NCBI GenBank assembly: GCA_963767735.1
Contig: CAVYES010000007.1
Location: 224,001-288,000, forward strand
Direction of reading: 5' to 3'
DNA length: 64,000 bases
DNA from: Candidatus Bathyarchaeota archaeon
Lineage (GTDB): Archaea; Thermoproteota; Bathyarchaeia; Bathyarchaeales; Bathycorpusculaceae
Shown here: one piece after another, positions 58,416 to 64,000 of the stretch
Position numbering within the stretch: position 1 is the first letter of the stretch
Layout of the letters: every line of letters begins with the position of its first letter
Notes under the pieces: model-generated
The model's database searches: none
What the model was told of the DNA's origin: nothing
What the model saw: the letters and a program-made list of their open reading frames with translations, nothing else
Made by a program: the position numbers and the translations under genes

Positions 58416-58907
58416 ATGTCTTCAACTTCAATTGGTGACCAAGAAATCGACGATCTTAGTCATAAGATCATGAATGAAATTGAAAACAAAAGCTCAAAAG
58501 AGCTTGCCGGATCCGACGAAATGATAAAGATTCTGCATTTGACAGATATGCCTACGGCGAAAACGTTGCTTCAGCACGCAGACGAAGCAGCTACTGATGC
58601 CGAACGGATGGTGGGGAAAAAAGCTCTTGTAGAAGCGCTTCTGCAGTCTGTGTGGCATCAGAGATTGTATTTCATTGTTCGCTCAGTCATCATGGGCATA
58701 CTTGGGGCTTTGGTCACGCTTGTTTACTTTCTGATTTTCCACTCCTTAGACCTCATCTTGGAAATTCCCTTAGGCATATTTTCTTTCATATTTACATTGA
58801 CCGTCTCGCGATTGTTTGATGTGCAGATTGTCAAAGCAACGAGAATCATAGTTGAATTTTTAGTGAGCCATAAGCGTTTGATGGATTTTGTTCTAAGCCA
58901 CTTCTAA
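58416..58907 (+). CDS. Hypothetical membrane protein (2 C-terminal TM helices)
   Basis: Helical soluble N-half followed by two hydrophobic segments. Confidence 0.7.
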   Translation: MSSTSIGDQEIDDLSHKIMNEIENKSSKELAGSDEMIKILHLTDMPTAKTLLQHADEAATDAERMVGKKALVEALLQSVWHQRLYFIVRSVIMGILGALVTLVYFLIFHSLDLILEIPLGIFSFIFTLTVSRLFDVQIVKATRIIVEFLVSHKRLMDFVLSHF

Positions 58908-59066
58908 CGCCAGAAGTTACAAGCCATCATGGTCGCTAAACGCCTGACTGACTTTTGATGGTCAACAATTATATTCTGGTGATGGCCATTGACGCCCGTT
59001 ATCGAAAATCCTTCTTTAAAGGCAAGACGTTTTCGACAGGCTAATATGTGCGTCTCAGAATAAAAC

Positions 59067-60377
59067 ATGAATGTTGGGGTATTAAATTTGGTTTCTGAAA
59101 AAGTAACGCATTTTCATGGATGCCAGATAGCAACCACTAATTCCGTGAAACAGCACAAACTGAGGAAGCTCATAGCGTGGCTATCAGAAAAAGAGGGACG
59201 GGGAATGGAGTTCATCTCGTTATACATACGCCCGCGGACATCAATAGATGATATAGTCGCAAACCTCAAGTGCGAGTCTGATTCCGCCATAAAACCCGAA
59301 AGCGGCAGAGATGTTAAGAATCGCCTTCAAGACGCCGTCAAGAAAGTAATCCAGCGTCTAAAGTTGCAGAAAGAAATTCCAGAGAATGGGCTCGCGATAT
59401 TTGCTGGAACCTTCGCGGCGAACGATGCGGAAAAAGAATTAGTGAACATCGAAGAAATTGTTCCTCCAGAGCCAATTACCGCTTATCTTTACGAGGTTAA
59501 CGACCATTTCCGGTTAGAGCCGCTGAGGGAAATGCTTAGAAACCCAAAAGTTGTTGGATTCGTAGCCTTGGATTCAAAAGAGGCGAGCTTCGGGATACTT
59601 AATGGTGAACGCCTCGAATTACTCGAAAATATCACGTCGGGAATTATGGGAAAGACCGTAAAGGGCGGTCAGAGCCAAAGGAGGTACGAAAGAGAACGCG
59701 ACATGGAAATCGGATACTTTTTCCACAGAGTGGCGGAACATGCAACAAAAGCATTTCTCGAGAACCACAAAATAACGGCTCTGATAGTTGGAGGACCAGG
59801 CCAAACAAAAGAGAACTTCTTGAAGGGAGATTACCTTAATTACGAACTAAAGAACGCGCTTCTCAACACAGTTGATACACAATCCGCCGACAAAGAAGCG
59901 GTGAAAGAAATGCTAGACAAATCATCTGAGACACTGAAGAATATGTGCGCGCCAGAGGAGAAGATGATCGTGCAGCGCCTTCTGGCAGCAGTAGGCAAAC
60001 AAGACGGTTTGGCAATTTACGGACTAGATCCAGTGCTAAACGCGCTCAAGAATGGCGAAGTGGAAGTTGCTCTAGTGACAGATAATACAGACATGATTGA
60101 AATTGTCGCGATGTGCAAAATATGCGAACTGCCAATAACCAAGATAGTAAATAAGGCTATGAAGACTCAGGCAGTACAAGAATTGATATCGAGCCCATGC
60201 GAGAAGTGCAACGCGGCAGAATATGAGGTGGAGGAGAAGGACATAATAGATGTCCTAGAGGACGCGGCTTCACAGACAAACGCAAAGGTTGAGGTCATAT
60301 CAACAGAGTCGGAAGAAAAAGCTAAACTCAAAGCTTTAGGAGGCTTCGCCGCCCTCTTAAGATACAACCATGGGTAA
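59067..60377 (+). CDS. Peptide chain release factor aRF1 paralog with divergent N-domain
   Basis: ISLYI, PENGLAIF, PPEPI, KGGQSQRRYER, GGPG.TK..F, CxxC..CxxC minidomain, STESEE..L..LGGFAALLRY; probable TTG start 59088. Confidence 0.9.
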   Translation: MNVGVLNLVSEKVTHFHGCQIATTNSVKQHKLRKLIAWLSEKEGRGMEFISLYIRPRTSIDDIVANLKCESDSAIKPESGRDVKNRLQDAVKKVIQRLKLQKEIPENGLAIFAGTFAANDAEKELVNIEEIVPPEPITAYLYEVNDHFRLEPLREMLRNPKVVGFVALDSKEASFGILNGERLELLENITSGIMGKTVKGGQSQRRYERERDMEIGYFFHRVAEHATKAFLENHKITALIVGGPGQTKENFLKGDYLNYELKNALLNTVDTQSADKEAVKEMLDKSSETLKNMCAPEEKMIVQRLLAAVGKQDGLAIYGLDPVLNALKNGEVEVALVTDNTDMIEIVAMCKICELPITKIVNKAMKTQAVQELISSPCEKCNAAEYEVEEKDIIDVLEDAASQTNAKVEVISTESEEKAKLKALGGFAALLRYNHG

Positions 60378-60481
60378 AATGTTCCTATAAGCACATTATT
60401 TTTTGAAGCGCATCGGTTTAGCTCGCCAGCATATCCGTGGAAGCACAGGTGCCCCCAATTTTCGTACTGACCGAGCAGAGT

Positions 60482-60631
60482 CTAAGGTAATGATTGATTT
60501 TTTGGTTGCTCTTGTTTAATTGGTTCTTGGGCTGCGGTTTTTTGCTTTGTGATTTTTTCGAGGGTTAGTGACCAGTTGGTGAAGCAGTCCCACAGTAGGC
60601 TTGAGTCGGTTTGGTCTTGGTTGTTACTCAT
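60482..60631 (-). CDS. Small ORF (49 aa) translationally coupled to the dienelactone hydrolase
   Basis: ATGA overlap with the DLH stop; MSNNQDQTDSSLLWDCFTNWSLTLEKITKQKTAAQEPIKQEQPKNQSLP. Confidence 0.5.
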   Translation of the reverse strand: MSNNQDQTDSSLLWDCFTNWSLTLEKITKQKTAAQEPIKQEQPKNQSLP

Positions 60632-61437
60632 TGAGTCGCCTTTAGGTATTTGTTGAAGAATGCTAAAGTCATGGTCCAGGCGTCTTCGGCTGCGGGTTTG
60701 TTGTATGAGGGTCTGTTCTCGTTGAAGAAGGCGTGTTGTGTTCCTTGGTAGATTTTCATTTGAAAGGTTTTTTTGTATTTAATCATGCTTTCTAATAGGG
60801 CAGTGACGCCGCTGGTTATTCTTTGGTCCTCCCCAGCGTAGATTCCAAATACAGGTCCTTCAATTTTGGCAACTGCTTCGAGTGGTTTCGGGTTTGCGCC
60901 ATAAAAGGGAACCACAGCTTTAAATGGGTACATAGTTGCAAGCTGGTAAGATAATCCGCCGCCGAGGCAGAAACCCGTGATTCCGAGACTTTCAGGTTCC
61001 ACAGTTTCTATAGTTTTGGCGTAGTTTATGGTGCAGAGTAGGTCTTGAGCCATTATTTTTTCGGCGTTTTCTCTGCCCGTAAAGAAAAAGTTTACTACTT
61101 TCTGGTCGTTTTCAGGCAAGGTCTTCATTAAGCTCTCGATTGCGTTTGGGTCGCCTCGTTTTTCTGGGGGAATCTGCCAAATACTCATCATGGCTTTCTC
61201 GATTGCTTGCTCAGTCATTAGGTCTTTCTGTCGGCTGAAGAGATGCGGGGCTATACTCACAAAACCCTGTTGTGCATATCTGTTTGCGACACCCTTAATC
61301 TGCTCGTTAAGGCCCCATGCTTCGTGGACAACGATGACGGCGGGCAGCCGACCGCCAGTTTCTGGAGCAGCAACATAAGCTAACATGCCAGAGCCATCAG
61401 AACACTCAACCGTTACAGTTCGACTTGAGAACTTCAT
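60628..61437 (-). CDS. Dienelactone hydrolase family protein
   Basis: VVHEAWGLN, nucleophile GFCLGG, FYG, GED, HAFFN. Confidence 0.92.
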   Translation of the reverse strand: MKFSSRTVTVECSDGSGMLAYVAAPETGGRLPAVIVVHEAWGLNEQIKGVANRYAQQGFVSIAPHLFSRQKDLMTEQAIEKAMMSIWQIPPEKRGDPNAIESLMKTLPENDQKVVNFFFTGRENAEKIMAQDLLCTINYAKTIETVEPESLGITGFCLGGGLSYQLATMYPFKAVVPFYGANPKPLEAVAKIEGPVFGIYAGEDQRITSGVTALLESMIKYKKTFQMKIYQGTQHAFFNENRPSYNKPAAEDAWTMTLAFFNKYLKATQ

Positions 61438-61846
61438 AATAAATCAATATTATCATAGCAAAAGTCACTATTTAATCGTTCTGACAGAATGCGCAGGTGC
61501 TGATTTGTTCCTAAACCGTGAAGGCGGATTTTAGAGGCTGAAAATCGGGTTATCTATCGAGGATTTGGTAAAGATTTGAGTCTAAATCGGGAAAATCAAT
61601 TAATACTCTTCGCGCTCAAAAGGTTCAAAACTGAATCGAAGGCGCATAAAGAACAAGCAAACACAAGTGTCCATATTGGATTGACCAAAATAGGCGGAAG
61701 CGGAACGCGCTTTTTCTTTGACCATCCCGCACACATAGTCAAATTCAATAGCCATTGCGTATTGACATAGACTAACATGTGTGCTTTGCGAACGTTGAAG
61801 AGAATCTTGAAAAGGGTGTGGCAGCAAGGAGAGGAACAAAGAAGAA

Positions 61847-62122
61847 ATGAAAGCTGAAAACAGTTATGTAACTACTATAACTTCGTTTATTCACAAGCAC
61901 TTAAGAAGAGGACTCAAATACGCCCTTGTAGGTACATCTGGATTTCTCATGGATGTGGGAATATTGTATGCTCTCACCCAATACGGTCACATATGGTACA
62001 TTACTTCAGAGGTGCTCGCGACGCTGGTTACCTTCGTCACAAACTATTTTTTCAACACCTACTGGACTTACAGAGACGCCATGAAGAAACTGTACGCTAA
62101 AAACGCCAACGCCCAGAATTAA
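61847..62122 (+). CDS. GtrA-family small membrane protein
   Basis: KYALVG..G...D, NYFFN..WT(Y/F). Confidence 0.75.
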   Translation: MKAENSYVTTITSFIHKHLRRGLKYALVGTSGFLMDVGILYALTQYGHIWYITSEVLATLVTFVTNYFFNTYWTYRDAMKKLYAKNANAQN

Positions 62123-62216
62123 ACGTAAAGATGAAAAGAATGAAGCAAAACCGAATAATTACGGAGCATGAGAAATCGCAAGCTGGTTCAATTTTAAGGG
62201 GGAATAACCTATTCAA

Positions 62217-62669
62217 TTGAGAAAGCTTGCGGCGTTGGTTCTGATCATATTTATTGTTGCGGGCAGCATAGGCGCCGTTCTGATTTTAAGCAAAAAACCT
62301 CCTTCTTTGCCTCCAATGGCTCATTCGGTTCAGATAGTGAATGGGACAGCCACGGTTAACGCCAGTGCATATATCGATTACGTCTTCTCTATTCCTCCGG
62401 GTTCCTCAAGTATTCATGTTTCAGGAAACTTTACGGTACAAGCCAGCCGCGGTAGCGGCATCATTGTTTACATTTTTGACAGCACCAACTTTGACGATTA
62501 TGAAACAGGAGCTTACTTCGGCGCACTCTACCAAAGCTCACAAACTACAACAGCCCTAATCAGCTCCAACCTTGACTCAAACGGAACCTACTACATCGTC
62601 CTCGACAACACGTTATCTACGGCTGCTCAGACCGTGAATATACAAGCCAATGCCACCTACTACACGTAA
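62217..62669 (+). CDS. Membrane-anchored beta-sandwich (GOLD/emp24-like) secreted protein
   Basis: N-terminal TM, VSGNFTV, I.VYIFD..NF, GTYYIVLDN. Confidence 0.7.
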   Translation: MRKLAALVLIIFIVAGSIGAVLILSKKPPSLPPMAHSVQIVNGTATVNASAYIDYVFSIPPGSSSIHVSGNFTVQASRGSGIIVYIFDSTNFDDYETGAYFGALYQSSQTTTALISSNLDSNGTYYIVLDNTLSTAAQTVNIQANATYYT

Positions 62670-63143
62670 AGAAAAGGAACTAAGATAGAATAGCTCTCAT
62701 TAAAATTAAAAAAGACCTTTCACTTCCACTTGATTTTAGATATGGTCAACATAAGCGCCTGAAGACACATTCCGTTTTTCATGGCGCTCCAAACTAGATT
62801 TTTGCTTTTTTTCATTTCTATTTTTTTGCATAAATTGCTGCATCATTTCACATCTCCTCTGTCAGTTTCAAGTTTTCAACTTCATCTAAGAAGAAAGATT
62901 ATTAATCGATATTCCAGATTTGCACTCAAATCTTTACCAAATTCTTACCAGATAAGCACCCACTCTAAGAAAAAGAACAAGCGCAACATCGGTCCCCAAC
63001 TATAGGGCTAATGCTATAGTTCAAACTCTCTCAAGGCGCCACGGGTTTAGCACTTAAAAGCTCAAGCCATAATCAAAATGAAGAATAGTTTTTGATATAT
63101 TCTATTGCTGAAATATGCCTTTAATTCTTAGTGCCAGTTTCTC

Positions 63144-63392
63144 TTGTTGAGGAGAAATCTTCAAAGGTTTTGGGGAAGGCTTCTGATTGCAATGTCAGAA
63201 TTTGATAACCTTATAAAACTGTTGGAGCATCAGGGCTTCGTACTCTGGAAACGTAAAATGACCAAAGATTCTGTATTGGTGAAATTGGCAAGTATCAAAC
63301 CTGGAAAGAGCGAAGTGATTTCTCTTCGATTTGACAAAATACAAGCAGAATCAGCAAAAATCAAAAATCACATCTTTTATGGCTACGATTAA
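63144..63392 (+). CDS. Hypothetical small protein
   Basis: ORF with a probable internal start at MSEFDNLIK; no recognised motif. Confidence 0.45.
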   Translation: MLRRNLQRFWGRLLIAMSEFDNLIKLLEHQGFVLWKRKMTKDSVLVKLASIKPGKSEVISLRFDKIQAESAKIKNHIFYGYD

Positions 63393-63450
63393 AAAATCAT
63401 AACTCAACCTAAGAACAGAGAAGTTTAATGTTCTAAATTAGAAATTGAAG

Positions 63451-63497
63451 CAGGCCCGATGGGATTTGAACCCATGACTTTCAGCTCAGAAGGCTGA
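63451..63497 (-). tRNA. tRNA-Arg(TCT) 3' fragment (incomplete; probable att-site remnant)
   Basis: Minus strand TCAGC-CTTCTGA-GCTGA anticodon arm, AAGTC variable loop, ATGGG-TTCAAAT-CCCAT T-arm, CGGGCCTG 3' acceptor strand; no complementary 5' acceptor strand or D-arm upstream. Confidence 0.85.
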
Positions 63498-63519
63498 ATT
63501 TCTCTACAAAATGTCTTAT

Positions 63520-63901
63520 TTAGATGACAAATTCTACGCCTTCTAATTTTTCGAACCATTTGTCCCCAGTTAGAAATTTCACTTTATTTTTTAGTGCAAG
63601 ATAATATCCGAGGGCGGCAGCGTAAGATATGTTGCGACCTTTTTTCTTAAGCTTCAACTTTAGCTTCATTGAACCTTCAATATCGGCTACCCCAAAGTCA
63701 ATGACATATTTAGCGAACACTTTGACTACCTGAGATGCGGCTTTTGCGCCATGAACCTCGAGAGTGCGATAATATATTTCCATTAAATTCAACTTAGTTA
63801 ATAAACCGTCATTTTCTTCAAAAAAACCTGTATTTTGGTTTATCACTAAGATATTCAAGGACGGCATAGCTATCATAGAAAAACCTCGCAGTTTTATGCA
63901 A
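63520..63901 (-). pseudogene. vapC: VapC/PIN-domain toxin, frameshifted
   Basis: RFFYDSYAVLEYL in one frame; NLMEIYY...ISYAAALGY...LTGD..F in another; shift in the T run near 63825; the conserved Asp of SYAD reads Ala. Confidence 0.75.
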
Positions 63902-64000
63902 ATCATTTAAAACGTGCTGACAAATACAGCCAGCCATTCACACTCTTCATTTGAAGTTTAGGAGTTTTGTTAAGGATTATTGCGCCTGGTTTCTCTTTAG

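Noticed and set aside
61600-61760. Degenerate YHS-like ORF (MAIEFDYVCGMVKEKARSASAYFGQ...)
   Set aside because: Only the DxVCGM start resembles YHS and the YYFCS..C half is absent in frame; too weak to call.
63451-63530. Complete functional tRNA-Arg gene
   Set aside because: There is no 5' acceptor strand complementary to CGGGCCT and no D-arm; the upstream sequence belongs to the vapC 3' end.

Overview
Archaeal chromosomal window, most consistent with a TACK-group anaerobe such as Bathyarchaeia. This is inferred from GatD, Elp3, an S30e gene missed by the ORF track, aRF1, Hdr/Mvh and frequent TTG/GTG starts. From left to right it holds: (1) the translation genes gatD, elp3 and rps30e; (2) a surface protein, a lone pstS and two orphan sensor kinases, one a 2119-aa CheB-CheR-PAS-GAF-HK fusion; (3) a ~20 kb redox cluster bracketed by two Pat-type (acyl-CoA-ligase/GNAT) paralogs, containing a duplicated HdrA-HdrA-MvhD module, hdrCB, mvhG without mvhA, and a group 3b [NiFe]-hydrogenase with fused beta/gamma subunits; (4) a paaK pseudogene ending in a 33-bp inverted copy of mgtA sequence; (5) a Mg2+-transport and carbohydrate island (two MgtA, MgtE plus PhoU/TrkA-C, pyk, gpmA and a YHS-fused glucan phosphorylase); (6) a bacterial-type fumC-malic enzyme pair; (7) an aRF1 paralog with GGQ intact but all three stop-codon decoding motifs altered; (8) a 3' tRNA-Arg(TCT) fragment (probable att site) next to a broken VapC. 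Three genes in the redox cluster each carry a single +1 frameshift, which could be sequencing error or decay. No CRISPR array, rRNA or complete tRNA was seen. All assignments come from motif recognition by eye; no database searches were run.
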